64,000 bases of DNA from IMG/VR virus record IMGVR_UViG_3300026488_000022, positions 1 through 64,000 of that record; one strand, written 5' to 3'. How positions within the stretch are numbered: the first letter of the stretch is position 1; each line of letters starts with the position of its first letter. Made by a program: the position numbers and the translations under genes. This DNA comes from a virus. Shown piece by piece: positions 20,301 to 29,580 of the stretch. The notes below the pieces were generated by a model. The model saw only the letters and a list, made by a program, of their open reading frames with translations. It did no database searches and was not told the DNA's origin.

Positions 20301-23263
20301 TTATTAACTATACTTTCTAAAATAGGCAAGGCATTCTGCATTAAACCATTAAAAGCTAATCCTAAACTATTTTTTAACCTTTCCCATTTGCCTATATAAG
20401 TATCTAACATAACATTTGATTTTTCTAATTCACCATTAACACCATCATTTAACGTTTTTAAATGAGTTAAAAGAGCGTCTGCATTATTTCTAATAGCTGA
20501 AAGGGTTTGTTTTGCTAATGTTTCCATATTCCCAACAGCTTCTTGAAACTCACTGTCACTCATATTTTTAAGCTTTTTAACAAGCCACACCATCATTCTT
20601 TCACTGTCTTCTGCACTTTTTCCTACTTGTTGTGCGAATAATTTTTGATTTACCCCAAGACTTTTAAAAAATTGCCTAACAGCCTCTGAATTATCTTGTA
20701 ATAAATCTCCTAATCTCCTGATACTTGTACCTATTGTACTTGCCTCAAATCCTGCATTTGAAAAAGCAATCGCTAAAGCCTCAATAAAATGCCTTGTAAT
20801 ATTAGCACTTTTAGCAGTTGCCAAAGCATAGTTAGAAAATACATTTATATCTTCAGTTGATAATTTACTTGCGTTTGCCATATAAGTTAATTCATCAGCT
20901 AATTGCTTAATACTAACTCCTGCTTTTTGATAATTGTGAATATAAGTAATCAAAGCATTAGCAGTTGTTTCAAACTGGTCACCTGTTAATTTAGACATTT
21001 TTATAACATATTCAGTAACTTTAATTAATTTATCACTTTCAATTCCTGCCCTACCAAGAGCCATAGCAATTTCATTAATTGACTCAATATCACCTCCATA
21101 AGCCATACCAAGCCTAACTAATCTTTCTTCTAATTGTTTTGCTTTACTTGCACTAATATCAAAAACAGCACTCATTTTACCGACAGCTTCATTCATTTGA
21201 ACAATAAATCCAAAACCTCTTTGAATAACATTTATAACCTCATAAATGCTCATATATAAAGCACTATACCCAAGTGCCATTTTAGTAATATGAGATATAA
21301 ATTTACTAAATGAAGTCTCTTGTAATGTTGCTTTTACTTTTGCTAATGTAATATCTAATTTATTTAATTGTTTAACTGCCTCATCTGCATTTTGTTTAAT
21401 ATTTGCAAAAATAGAAGTATTAAATGTTCCTGTTCTCAAACTTAATTTCAACTTATTTTGAACATCAGTTAATGTTTCTATTTTTGATGTATATTCTTCA
21501 ATTAAACGTTCTGCTTCTTTAATTGCTTTACTGTCTGCAAATTCTTTTCTACTACTTTTTTGAATTTCTAAGTTTTGAACTACTTTCATATATTTATTTT
21601 TAATTCTATCTAACTCTTTAATAAACTTATCTGCGTCTTTATATAAACCTTCAAAGAGTTTTATTTCTTTTACATTAGCACCTTTTATACTTGCCATAAA
21701 CTTTTCAAAAGCGGCTCTGTCATTAAACAACAATTCTCTTAAATTTTTAGAACTTATTTGAATTGAATTAATTTTCTGTTCAAACTCTTTTAAAGGTGTA
21801 ATATCTGCTGTCTTCTTAACTTCTTCATTAAGTTTTTTAAACTCTTCTTTTAAAGCTCTGATAGTATCGCTTGGTACTCCATAAGAACGTAAAACCTTTA
21901 AAGTTTCATTAATAGATTTTATTTTTCTTTCAACAACACTTAAATCTTTAACTTCTTTTTTTAATTCTCTCATATCTTTTAATAACAAACCTAAATAAGT
22001 TGTCTTTCCTAAACTCTTACTTTCTTCTGCTAATTTTTTAAATTCTTTCTCAAAATTAGCTAAAACAGTATCACTGACTCCTAATTTTTTTAACTCTTTT
22101 TCTAATCTTTCAAAAGTATCACTCGCTTTTACTAAACCTAAACTGTTATTTACTATCTGTTTTATTTCTTTATTTAATAAAGCTAAAGGTTTAGCGTCTC
22201 CTGTTTTAACAGCTACATCGTATAATTTTTGAATTTCATTTTGAAATTGAGCTATTTTAGTACTATCAATAAAGGGCAATCTACTTGCTTTATGTATGTT
22301 TTCTAAAGCTTTTAAATATAAGTCACTATATTTTTTAGAATTCTCAAAAGTTTTTTTAGCCTGTACCTCAAACTCTACTAAATCTTTTTCTAATTTTTCA
22401 AATCCATCTATTTTTCCTGTTTTAAACCACTCTCTTATAATACCATCAATTTGTTTTTTTAATCTTTCTATATCTTTTTCTGTTTTACCATACACTCTTA
22501 AACTTAAAGTTTTATTTAATAAATCTTCTCTTTTCTTTAAAAGCTTTTCAAAAGATTTATATTTATTTTCTAACTCTCCCATTTTCTGTTTTAATTCTTC
22601 AGTAGTTAAAACCCCTTTTTTCATTTTCTTATAAAAAGTTTCTAATGGTGCAGTTAATTGTTTTTTAAATTTAGAACTAATATCTAAATTGTTAATTTTC
22701 TCTAATTGTGTTTTATAAAAATTTAAAAGGTTAATCTTATCTTCTAATTCTTTATTAAAAGAAATAAGATTTTGTTTTCTTTCTGTTCTATCTTTAGCTT
22801 TTAATAATCTTTTATAAGCTCTTTCTAATGCTAAAACTTCACTTTTTGTAGTAGCTAATTGTTTATAATTTTGCAAATTTGCTTCAATTAAAGCTTTAAT
22901 AGCTTTTTCACTTTGTTGAATTGCTTGTTTAAAAACTTCAAATTCTTTATCTAATTTTCCAACATCTTTAACTATTCCTAACAATTCATTTTTTAAAGTA
23001 GAAACAATATTATTTTTTAATTTTACATCTTTTAAAGACTCTAACTTACTTTTAAATTTATTAATTTTATCATATACACTCTCTACTTCTTTATTTAAAG
23101 TGTTAATTTGTTTTTTAAATTTATCTTTTACTTCTAATTTATTTAAAGTATCGTTTAAATGATATAAACTTTTATCTATATTCTCTACAATCTCTTCAAA
23201 AGCTTTAACACCTTTTTGTTTAAATTCAATAACTATTTCAGCTTTGTTATTTCTATAAGCCAT
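17339..23263 (-). CDS. Tail tape measure protein
   Basis: 1974 aa, coiled coil, TP901-like core (ELTYMANASKLS, GFEASTIGTSIR), C-terminal FHTGG...DEIPAILQKGEYVL. Confidence 0.93.
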   Translation of the reverse strand: MAYRNNKAEIVIEFKQKGVKAFEEIVENIDKSLYHLNDTLNKLEVKDKFKKQINTLNKEVESVYDKINKFKSKLESLKDVKLKNNIVSTLKNELLGIVKDVGKLDKEFEVFKQAIQQSEKAIKALIEANLQNYKQLATTKSEVLALERAYKRLLKAKDRTERKQNLISFNKELEDKINLLNFYKTQLEKINNLDISSKFKKQLTAPLETFYKKMKKGVLTTEELKQKMGELENKYKSFEKLLKKREDLLNKTLSLRVYGKTEKDIERLKKQIDGIIREWFKTGKIDGFEKLEKDLVEFEVQAKKTFENSKKYSDLYLKALENIHKASRLPFIDSTKIAQFQNEIQKLYDVAVKTGDAKPLALLNKEIKQIVNNSLGLVKASDTFERLEKELKKLGVSDTVLANFEKEFKKLAEESKSLGKTTYLGLLLKDMRELKKEVKDLSVVERKIKSINETLKVLRSYGVPSDTIRALKEEFKKLNEEVKKTADITPLKEFEQKINSIQISSKNLRELLFNDRAAFEKFMASIKGANVKEIKLFEGLYKDADKFIKELDRIKNKYMKVVQNLEIQKSSRKEFADSKAIKEAERLIEEYTSKIETLTDVQNKLKLSLRTGTFNTSIFANIKQNADEAVKQLNKLDITLAKVKATLQETSFSKFISHITKMALGYSALYMSIYEVINVIQRGFGFIVQMNEAVGKMSAVFDISASKAKQLEERLVRLGMAYGGDIESINEIAMALGRAGIESDKLIKVTEYVIKMSKLTGDQFETTANALITYIHNYQKAGVSIKQLADELTYMANASKLSTEDINVFSNYALATAKSANITRHFIEALAIAFSNAGFEASTIGTSIRRLGDLLQDNSEAVRQFFKSLGVNQKLFAQQVGKSAEDSERMMVWLVKKLKNMSDSEFQEAVGNMETLAKQTLSAIRNNADALLTHLKTLNDGVNGELEKSNVMLDTYIGKWERLKNSLGLAFNGLMQNALPILESIVNKTIEWVNTINNAMPQIQRDLSQIWSIIKGIAGVIGGVLIFKGVKSLVESFRMATLAGKNLLDIVKAIGGALTSVALIAMRNPYVLVATLALGAFGKLFFTIKNVNEELAKSNGLLAEQQKLNSLISQYDSLIAKKQQIKKQLAEALVNNDSQRIKLLGSELNKIEQQLEMYKKIINEQENLVKQKQEEVDKAQKYVEYQLLSAKLERLRSQYLKTNSKELENQIIVIEKQLEKLKEFANYKPKTNVAQTVSVFTPYKEQTPNVAQGVSNTTWEQNLIDFTTPIKQSEILNQKIKQIDTTLNSIRLDTNPFDMLTVNFGVFKDKVKRDVQEIKDETKKGLITLVTKEEVQRFQQLSEKIKFFLKNGLDVTDLVNNLNTELDNAFRETVKGLVDTMEVSFKQAKIDVNVLPESLAKEFIQFKTMLANATDPKEVVKLEAEFIRLKLLLDKTKNSLDKNTYQALKAYLEGLDKDFANLEGILKARLNALNSVANKANSTKKSLEVKWQDYQIKDIFNFKDFGEVEAEIQRLADKLRQAFSDLEKVKATGRMPIVNDLVEAQKEIQRLDGMYKTYYDQRVAKEKEYYALVAKIKRLKWTGYKDEEQKTQLLTKKRELESEIKGLYQKEEEYKKRTLQAEIKELEIRQRIKATIAEMNRETKAMQNPADALLLDIQNKMYENRRKLSIVSFDSEKDKEKLNAYFGNINAYIKTKAQELKQKEKEIKLGIVPGNVDSGTAGAVNAFNQYQQQIQAIKNFYAQKKALIQAQEQEILQELESKRITEAEAYKKLEALKTEIVKNEIEKRKALEKASFNASLSALSGYIGQFSGMLDQMMQAGLIKQKKWFAVYKAMRVAQAIIDTYASAQKAMTELPIPFNYVAAGLAVATGMMRVAIIKAQRFHTGGYVDRQTANQKMGGLKDDEIPAILQKGEYVLSKEEVKAIKASGNTSPQVNVTAPTPEVVILNSVDTKAFEDYLTSRSGRTIIRNVVGK

Positions 23264-23295
23264 CAGACTATCCTTTTGTAATAATTGCTACTAAA

Positions 23296-23303
23296 TATAT
23301 CAG
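23296..23303 (-). promoter_or_regulatory. Putative late promoter CTGATATA
   Basis: 33 bp upstream of the tape measure start. Confidence 0.65.
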
Positions 23304-23492
23304 TATAAAATAAAAGTAAAATTTAATTTAAAAGCTCTATTATAATATATAATAACTTTAAGGGTTTGGACAGTGTTGGACAGTAACAAAAAGCCCTAAA
23401 ATTCGGACTTTTAACAACTTGCAAACATTTATAATCAGTAAAAAATATCATTTGGGCGGTCAAGAACATTTTATAATTTTTGTAAAAAACTC

Positions 23493-23521
23493 TTGACATA
23501 AAGTTAAAAGTGTTTTATAAT
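23493..23521 (+). promoter_or_regulatory. Consensus sigma70 early promoter (cassette type)
   Basis: TTGACA-17 bp-TATAAT followed by AAAGGAG RBS. Confidence 0.88.
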
Positions 23522-23558
23522 TCTTAGCATAAAACAAAAAACAAAAGGAGAATTGAAA

Positions 23559-23945
23559 ATGAAAACTACATTTATAAACACAAGAGCAGATTTAGAAAAA
23601 ATGCTAAAAGAAACAAACAAAGAACTTGCTCTTAAATACTTAGAAATATTTAAAAATAGAATAATTTGGGGACAAGCTGAAAAATTTGACAATAATTATT
23701 ATATAGACATTACATTATTTGAAGACACTGATAGCATAAAAAGAGTTAAAGTATCAAAACCAATATTAGAAAATTCAGAGGATGTTCAAAGGTTTATTAT
23801 GTTTTGTCTTGATGAAAAAGATTATATTCATTATTCGAATATAATCACTGATAAAAAACTAATAGGTTTTATAAATGAATTTTATTTAGACTTAATCTCT
23901 TATCACCATTTAAAAGATGAATTAACAAAGGAAAACAATGAATAA
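23559..23945 (+). CDS. Hypothetical cargo protein, antisense to the late operon
   Basis: ATG 8 nt after AGGAG preferred over TTG 23553. Confidence 0.7.
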   Translation: MKTTFINTRADLEKMLKETNKELALKYLEIFKNRIIWGQAEKFDNNYYIDITLFEDTDSIKRVKVSKPILENSEDVQRFIMFCLDEKDYIHYSNIITDKKLIGFINEFYLDLISYHHLKDELTKENNE

Positions 23946-24198
23946 TTATCCTATTCTTTCATTTAGAGTTTATAGTGTTATTTATAGGGCTTTAGAAAAC
24001 AAAAAAGCTAAGATAACATTAAAACACAAGAAAAAAGGCAATTTTAATGTAGAACATTACATAGTAGAAATTAACAACCCCACTTTAAAAGGAAGTGCTA
24101 TTAGAACATACAAACAATATTTTAAAGATAAAAATTTAGAAAAATTTAAAGAAATAATAAATAAAAATGAAAAGATAATTTTTGAAAAGTTTGAGTAA
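23938..24198 (+). CDS. Hypothetical basic cargo protein
   Basis: Overlaps previous ORF with AAGGA RBS; followed by a hairpin. Confidence 0.65.
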   Translation: MNNYPILSFRVYSVIYRALENKKAKITLKHKKKGNFNVEHYIVEINNPTLKGSAIRTYKQYFKDKNLEKFKEIINKNEKIIFEKFE

Positions 24199-24199
24199 A

Positions 24200-24217
24200 G
24201 GGCAGATTTTTCTGCCC
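24200..24217. terminator. Hairpin between convergent cargo and capsid genes, probably a terminator
   Basis: GGGCAGA-TTTT-TCTGCCC. Confidence 0.7.
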
Positions 24218-24228
24218 CCTCAAACGTT

Positions 24229-25443
24229 TTAGTTAGAAGCTACATTAACAATTACAGAAACAGGTGTAGAAGTTACAGAAAGTTTCTTAAAGTCAATATC
24301 TCTATATCCAACATATAGAGTTGTTGAACTAACTGCTTTTCTTTCAGTTTCAATTCCAATGTTTCCTCTATCAGCAACACCAAAATATGCTTTATTAACA
24401 AGTAAAACTGCTGTTTTGTCTCCATTTGTTTCATCAACATCACCATTAGCGTCAAGATTATCAGGGATATACTCAGTTACTACAATAGGCATACCAAATA
24501 ATTTCCCAATCTCACCTGTGATAATTGTAGCTTTAGCACCATATTTATCAATTGTTAGAACTTCTGGAAGTTCAAGCATTTGATATGCTACATTAACAGG
24601 CGCTACAATAGCAAGGTCACTTAAATTAATACCATAAACTCCAAGTAACCTTCTTGCTTGCGCTATAAGACTTGCAGTTACTGTATTTCCACCTGCATCA
24701 ACTTTATTTCCAGCACTTTTAGCGTATTTTAAAAGACCATCAAATGCTTTTTTAACATCATTAACATCAGAAATACCTGTATCACCCATTACAAGTGCGT
24801 CTTCTGTGGCTCTTGCAAGTGATTTTACAAGTTCTTGTCTAACAAGTTGTGTAATAGCTGTTACCATTTCTTTGTCTGCTTGGTCAGTTACTGCTAAAAG
24901 AGTTTTAAATCTTGAAGTTGCAAAACTCACTTTTGCACCATTAATTGCACTTTCAATTGCGTTATCACCAGGAGCAATCAAATAAGCTTTTGCTTTGTCT
25001 GTTTTTGCAGGAATAGAGAACGTACTTCTATTATCAGGCATTCTAAATCTTTGAAATAATCCTTCAACTTTAAGGTCAAGTTCAAGTTCTTCAAGCACTC
25101 TATTTGAAAATTCCTCAGCAAGCCAACTTGCAATGTCTGCTGGTTTAATTGCTTTTTCAACAATAGGAGCAATCTCTTTAAACTCCTCAAAAGTCTCAAC
25201 AGGTCTGCCTAATAGCTTTGATTTAATATGCAAATCAACTGCTTTTTCTCTTGCTTTTTCTACTTCTTTATCGTCATAAGCTTTTGTTTCAAATTGAGTT
25301 TTTCTGTTAGACCATTTATCTTCAAATTCTTTTTTAAGTTCTTCTACTTTTTTTTCTGCTTCAGTTTTAGTAGAGTCAAGTTGTTTTTTAAGTTCTTCTA
25401 CTTCTTTTTGTAGTGTAGAAATTGCTTCAATACCCATAACCAT
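24229..25443 (-). CDS. Major capsid protein, HK97 fold, with N-terminal scaffolding domain
   Basis: Coiled-coil N-terminus, EDALVMGD, FDGLLK, GEIGKLFGMPIVVTEY; T5 pb8-like layout. Confidence 0.9.
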   Translation of the reverse strand: MVMGIEAISTLQKEVEELKKQLDSTKTEAEKKVEELKKEFEDKWSNRKTQFETKAYDDKEVEKAREKAVDLHIKSKLLGRPVETFEEFKEIAPIVEKAIKPADIASWLAEEFSNRVLEELELDLKVEGLFQRFRMPDNRSTFSIPAKTDKAKAYLIAPGDNAIESAINGAKVSFATSRFKTLLAVTDQADKEMVTAITQLVRQELVKSLARATEDALVMGDTGISDVNDVKKAFDGLLKYAKSAGNKVDAGGNTVTASLIAQARRLLGVYGINLSDLAIVAPVNVAYQMLELPEVLTIDKYGAKATIITGEIGKLFGMPIVVTEYIPDNLDANGDVDETNGDKTAVLLVNKAYFGVADRGNIGIETERKAVSSTTLYVGYRDIDFKKLSVTSTPVSVIVNVASN

Positions 25444-25469
25444 ATCCTTTAATGTTATTTTACAAAAGT

Positions 25470-25477
25470 TATATCGG
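25470..25477 (-). promoter_or_regulatory. Putative late promoter CCGATATA
   Basis: 27 bp upstream of the capsid start. Confidence 0.7.
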
Positions 25478-25482
25478 AAAGT

Positions 25483-25647
25483 TTAATTAGATTTATTTTT
25501 AACAAATTTTTCATTATATTCTTTTATTTGTTGATTTAAAAAATCATTAATCTTTTTCAAATCATTACGCTCTTTAACACAGATTTTATAACGATTAAAA
25601 AGTTCTTCAAATTCATTTAGAGGAATTTCTATCATTTTCTTTTTCAT
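25483..25647 (-). CDS. 54-aa ORF absent from the track; possible separated C-terminal part of the o-spanin
   Basis: MKKKMIEIPLNEFEELFNRYKICVKERNDLKKINDFLNQQIKEYNEKFVKNKSN; AAAGG RBS; fills the gap before the capsid promoter. Confidence 0.55.
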   Translation of the reverse strand: MKKKMIEIPLNEFEELFNRYKICVKERNDLKKINDFLNQQIKEYNEKFVKNKSN

Positions 25648-25825
25648 CTTTTACCTTTATATGTAAAGTAATAGGTTTTGTTTTTGTTATATTATATTCA
25701 TAAGTTTGTAAAGCGGGACATTTAGACTTTACAAAAACATATTTAATTTTTTCGGTTTCTTTACAAGCACACCCACTAAGGAATAGTAATATTAACATCA
25801 CGCTCAAAAGTAATATTTTTTTCAC
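25613..25825 (-). CDS. Lipoprotein, probable o-spanin (Rz1-like)
   Basis: Signal peptide II with lipobox LSGC; overlaps the i-spanin 3' end. Confidence 0.7.
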   Translation of the reverse strand: MKKILLLSVMLILLFLSGCACKETEKIKYVFVKSKCPALQTYEYNITKTKPITLHIKVKDEKENDRNSSK

Positions 25826-26096
25826 TATTTTTTCCTTCTTTTTTTATTATTTCTTCTTTAATGTTTTGATATTTATCTTCAAATAAAATAACTTTTAAAT
25901 CATTTTTAATTTTCTGTAATTTAACTTCTAAATTCTCTTTTTCTCTTTTTAGTTTTTTAATTTCTTTTTGTTTTACTAAAATTTGTTGTTCTAATTTTTT
26001 TACTTCTAAACGATAATTAACAACTCCTGCTAATAAAACCAATACAATTCCACTTATAAAATAAGAAAACAATTTAGTTTTTAAAAAATCAAACAT
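25776..26096 (-). CDS. Probable i-spanin (Rz-like)
   Basis: N-terminal transmembrane segment followed by coiled coil. Confidence 0.68.
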   Translation of the reverse strand: MFDFLKTKLFSYFISGIVLVLLAGVVNYRLEVKKLEQQILVKQKEIKKLKREKENLEVKLQKIKNDLKVILFEDKYQNIKEEIIKKEGKNSEKNITFERDVNITIP

Positions 26097-26310
26097 TTGA
26101 ATTTTCCTTTAATTTTGATTTTTCATAACTTCTTCCAGCAATCCAAGCTATCGGAATACCCACAGCAATTGTAGTCCATAAACTTATCAAACTTTCTTTT
26201 AAATTTAAAACCCCAAAACCTTCAAGCAAAGTAATTAACGCACTAAAACACAGAACAAACCAAGACATTAAAGGTCTTGATGTGTTTCTAATTAATTCGA
26301 CTTTATTCAT
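26089..26310 (-). CDS. Probable holin
   Basis: 73 aa, two hydrophobic helices, SRPLMSW and GRSYEK motifs, basic tail, upstream of spanins. Confidence 0.65.
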   Translation of the reverse strand: MNKVELIRNTSRPLMSWFVLCFSALITLLEGFGVLNLKESLISLWTTIAVGIPIAWIAGRSYEKSKLKENSNV

Positions 26311-27721
26311 CTAACTTAAGTTTCTCGTTAATAGTTTTTTCTATTTCCGTATAAACCTCAAACAATAAATTCACATCTTCTTTTTCTTTTAAAAATTTTA
26401 AAATTTCATCTTTTGTTAGTGCTTTTTCACTATTAACAGATTTTTTATTTCCTTGGTCATCTCTATCTGCAAAATACTTTTTCATAAAAGCTAATAGTTT
26501 TGCAACCTCACTTCTACCTATAATAAAATCATAAACATTTCCATCATCTTTAACATATCTTCTAATTCTATAACCTAAAGGTGGGTTAGGATAAGCTGTT
26601 AAAACACTGTTTTCAGTTACATTAACAATCAACTCACCTTGTTCTCCTCCTTGTAACTGACTTCCCTCCTCTGCACCTTGTGCATCACTAATAATTTGAT
26701 TTACTTTATCTTTTCCTAAATTTGTAGTTCCTCCACGTTTAGCTTTTGTTTGCATATTTTCAACCTCCTTAATTTCAGAATAAACTTTTTCTACTTGTGA
26801 CTCAAATTCTTTTACCATATCTTGTAATTCTTGTGGTATTTCTCCTATCAGTTCCTGTTTTAACATTTCTTTATAATGTTTTAAAAGATGCCTTGCGGCA
26901 TCTCTTTTTTCAACAGCACTAATATTAGGATTGTTTCTTGCACCTCTTAGTGCTTGATAAGCCGCAATCACACCATTTTTATTAACTATTAAATCTTCAC
27001 CTTGTAATTCGTGATGAGGAAACTTCCAAGTACTTCTAAGTTCTGGGTCTCCTACAACTAAATACGCTTCTTTAATATAGTTTAATTTACCCATTTCAGC
27101 TAATTTTTGTCCTAAAGCAGTCTTATCTACTTCTGACCAAGGTTTAGTACTAATTACGTTATTTTTTATTGCTTTTTCTTTCATTTTTTTATTTCCTTTC
27201 TTATTGTAATTTTGTCTTGTTGAAAGCAAACAAACTCCACTTTCACAAGGACTGCTTTCTAAAACATTAAACAAGCTATCTTGATTATCTGGTATTGAAA
27301 CGATACTAACTTCATAAAGCTCAATTTTAGTCCAATACCAGATACCATTCACCTCTTTGTATTCAAGCCCTCTAAATCCAATTGAAAAAGCCTTTAAAAT
27401 ACCCTCTTTTACAGCTAAATAAACTTTTGGGTTTAAATCTTTATAAACAACAGCCTCAATTTCAAGCCCTTGAGCATTTAAATTAATATTAGTAACTTTA
27501 CCAACAACATCACTTGGATTATGCTGATAAAGCAAAATAGGATTTTTCATATAGTTTTTTAAATCGTAACTTTCAGGCAAAACACTTTCGTCACTTCTAT
27601 CAATAACCAAATTACCGTTATCGTCGATATAACGATTAGCATATCCTTTTATTGTTATTTTTTCATCAGTAACTTCTGTTGAAAATTCTTTTATAATCAA
27701 ATTTAAGTTTTTATCCATCAA
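26303..27721 (-). CDS. Prohead maturation protease (HK97/S78 family) with long C-terminal extension
   Basis: NPILLYQH, AFSIGF, ELYEVSIVSIPDNQ; extra domain with KFPHHE...HLLKHY. Confidence 0.88.
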   Translation of the reverse strand: MMDKNLNLIIKEFSTEVTDEKITIKGYANRYIDDNGNLVIDRSDESVLPESYDLKNYMKNPILLYQHNPSDVVGKVTNINLNAQGLEIEAVVYKDLNPKVYLAVKEGILKAFSIGFRGLEYKEVNGIWYWTKIELYEVSIVSIPDNQDSLFNVLESSPCESGVCLLSTRQNYNKKGNKKMKEKAIKNNVISTKPWSEVDKTALGQKLAEMGKLNYIKEAYLVVGDPELRSTWKFPHHELQGEDLIVNKNGVIAAYQALRGARNNPNISAVEKRDAARHLLKHYKEMLKQELIGEIPQELQDMVKEFESQVEKVYSEIKEVENMQTKAKRGGTTNLGKDKVNQIISDAQGAEEGSQLQGGEQGELIVNVTENSVLTAYPNPPLGYRIRRYVKDDGNVYDFIIGRSEVAKLLAFMKKYFADRDDQGNKKSVNSEKALTKDEILKFLKEKEDVNLLFEVYTEIEKTINEKLKLDE

Positions 27722-27742
27722 AACTCCTTAAAACTTTTATAT

Positions 27743-27750
27743 TATATCGT
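27743..27750 (-). promoter_or_regulatory. Putative late promoter variant ACGATATA
   Basis: 22-25 bp upstream of the protease start, abutting copy D. Confidence 0.45.
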
Positions 27751-27752
27751 CT

Positions 27753-27900
27753 TAAAAAATTCTATTATAATATATAAATAACTTTAAGGGTTTGGACACT
27801 TTGGACAGTAACAAAAAGCCCTAAAATTCGGACTTTTAACAACTTGCAAACATTTATAATTAGTAAAAAATATCATTTCGGCGGTCAAGAGGTTTTTATA
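27753..27900. repeat. Dispersed element, copy D (no promoter extension)
   Basis: Same core boxes and 38-bp spacer as copy A. Confidence 0.97.
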
Positions 27901-27921
27901 AAAAGAGAGAAAAGAAAAGAT

Positions 27922-28419
27922 TTATACTCCAACAAAAGCGTGGTTAATAAACACAATCAATTGGTCTTGGTCAGTAACATCAAAAGCCTCATCAAATAAA
28001 AAATGGTTTAAAGCTTCAGTAGGATTATCTGGGTCATCTACTAAAGCACCTTCTATAACTCCATTTGCGACTACTTCACCTACGTCATATGTTATTTTAT
28101 ATGTTATAACATTTTCCCCTCCATTAGTATTTCCTTCATCTGTATAGTTTCTTTGGGGGAAACCACTATCGACAATTCTTGAACTTGGGTCTATATAAGC
28201 ATTAACATCAGTATCGTCTTTTGTAGGGTTTGAACTATCCGTTCCTAACCTTAAATATAAAGTATCTAATGAACTTGTTTCACCTATAATTTTTTTAGCA
28301 TAATGAATATCCCCAGCATTTGTTACTATATTATGCCCTTTAATTATTTTTTCTTTTCCTGTTTTTTTATTAATTATTTTTACTAAAATATTATCTTTTA
28401 CAATTCCTTTTACTAACAC
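27922..28419 (-). CDS. Virion structural protein, tail collar/fibre-attachment-like
   Basis: HNIVTNAG...LRLGTD..P...DT pattern; GTG start with AAGGAG RBS. Confidence 0.55.
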   Translation of the reverse strand: MLVKGIVKDNILVKIINKKTGKEKIIKGHNIVTNAGDIHYAKKIIGETSSLDTLYLRLGTDSSNPTKDDTDVNAYIDPSSRIVDSGFPQRNYTDEGNTNGGENVITYKITYDVGEVVANGVIEGALVDDPDNPTEALNHFLFDEAFDVTDQDQLIVFINHAFVGV

Positions 28420-28445
28420 TTTAAAACTCCTTTAATCTTTACATT

Positions 28446-28453
28446 TATATCAG
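28446..28453 (-). promoter_or_regulatory. Putative late promoter CTGATATA
   Basis: 27 bp upstream of start 28419. Confidence 0.6.
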
Positions 28454-29133
28454 AAACTGCTTTCTTTGTTGTTTTTTTGTAATTCTTTCATTTCCTCTTG
28501 TTGTATCTTATCATAAAGTTTTAAACTTGCTAAATAAAAAAATTTAGTCTGGTCGTATAAACCGCCCTCATCTGGTAGAAAACCTTTTTCAAAAGCGTTA
28601 TAACATTCAATAGCTTCTGCAATTAACTTTTTATCTACATCATAAATAGGACAATATGTATAGACTTTATCTCCAACATAAACTTTAAAATCTTTTTTCT
28701 TGTTTTTTTCTCCTCTAAAACCACAATTTCTAACTCTATCAAGTCTTTTTGCTTTACAAACTTCACATTTCCAAGTTTCAGCTTTAAATTTACTATCAAA
28801 ATAAATATCAATACTATCATAAAGTTTATTTAGCACCTCTAAAGTAACATCGCTCACTTCAAAAATAAACTTACCTACTTCTTTAATAGTATCTGAAGAT
28901 AAAAAAGAGAAAGGCAATTCAACTCCCTTTTTATCTTCTATTTTTACAACTGAAAATTTAAGAGCGTAATAATATAATTTTAAAACCTCACCGTTTAACA
29001 TATAAGGCTCAAGTGAGTTAATTTCCCTATAAGATAACGTTCTTAGCATTAATTCTAAATTAGGTTGAGAATTTGGAGTAATAAAGTGAATTACCTTATG
29101 ACTTTTAACATTATTTATCATCCTCTTCTTCAC
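28450..29133 (-). CDS. Tail assembly chaperone-like protein with Cys cluster
   Basis: CEVC...CG...CP and LPDEGGLYDQ; follows the first chaperone. Confidence 0.55.
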   Translation of the reverse strand: MKKRMINNVKSHKVIHFITPNSQPNLELMLRTLSYREINSLEPYMLNGEVLKLYYYALKFSVVKIEDKKGVELPFSFLSSDTIKEVGKFIFEVSDVTLEVLNKLYDSIDIYFDSKFKAETWKCEVCKAKRLDRVRNCGFRGEKNKKKDFKVYVGDKVYTYCPIYDVDKKLIAEAIECYNAFEKGFLPDEGGLYDQTKFFYLASLKLYDKIQQEEMKELQKNNKESSF

Positions 29134-29521
29134 CTAAGTAAAGTTTTGCATTTTCTGGGTCTTTAGAAATTCCTACAATTACATTTGCAATTTCAGTTAT
29201 AAATGAAATAGGAAGATAATTTAAAGTTTCATCAGAAATACCGATAGTATCCCTATTAATAGGAATTTCTCTATTTCTCTCATCAAGTAAATTCCTCCAA
29301 TCTACTATTCCTCTTTTGCAAACTTCCCAATTATAAGAACCGGTAGAAACACTAATACTTTCATCTTTATTTAACCTAACCATTTTATCTTCAATCTCAA
29401 TGAGTTCTTTTGGAGTTAAAGGTCTAATTTCAACTGTAAAAGGGTCTTTTTCTCCTCTTTCTAAGATAGGAACATATCTATAAGTTATATCCTTTTTAGC
29501 TCTATCAATTCTAATTGCCAT
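29111..29521 (-). CDS. Tail assembly chaperone
   Basis: Directly after major tail gene; IRPLT and GIVDWRNL motifs. Confidence 0.7.
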   Translation of the reverse strand: MAIRIDRAKKDITYRYVPILERGEKDPFTVEIRPLTPKELIEIEDKMVRLNKDESISVSTGSYNWEVCKRGIVDWRNLLDERNREIPINRDTIGISDETLNYLPISFITEIANVIVGISKDPENAKLYLGEEEDDK

Positions 29522-29555
29522 TTATTATCCTTTATTAATTAAATTTAGTTAATAA

Positions 29556-29580
29556 AGCACACAAAAATTATTTGTGTGCT
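29556..29580 (-). terminator. Probable terminator after the major tail gene
   Basis: AGCACACAAA-5 nt-TTTGTGTGCT hairpin followed by TTATT. Confidence 0.6.

Larger units (their letters stand above)
23296..23558. repeat. Dispersed element, copy C, with promoter/RBS extension
   Basis: Near-identical to 35517-35780 and 43300-43557. Confidence 0.97.

Noticed and set aside
22296-22634. Antisense ORFs in the track (e.g. 2378, 2700, 7950, 8604, 10224, 14419, 16888, 22296, 24359, 25228, 29709, 30237, 30887, 35256, 40409, 42140, 44047, 46704, 58523, 62651 on plus; 23504, 41293, 41555, 52498, 53183, 53338 on minus)
   Set aside because: They lie opposite well-supported genes, lack RBS and have the composition of shadow frames in AT-rich DNA
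24273-25199. Same-strand alternative-frame ORFs inside larger genes (24273, 24978, 28635, 48048)
   Set aside because: Fully nested, no RBS or motif
29100-29170. Programmed -1 frameshift between the two tail chaperone ORFs
   Set aside because: The second ORF is in the +1 frame and has a TAG just before its GTG; the -1 frame also stops and no slippery heptamer is evident
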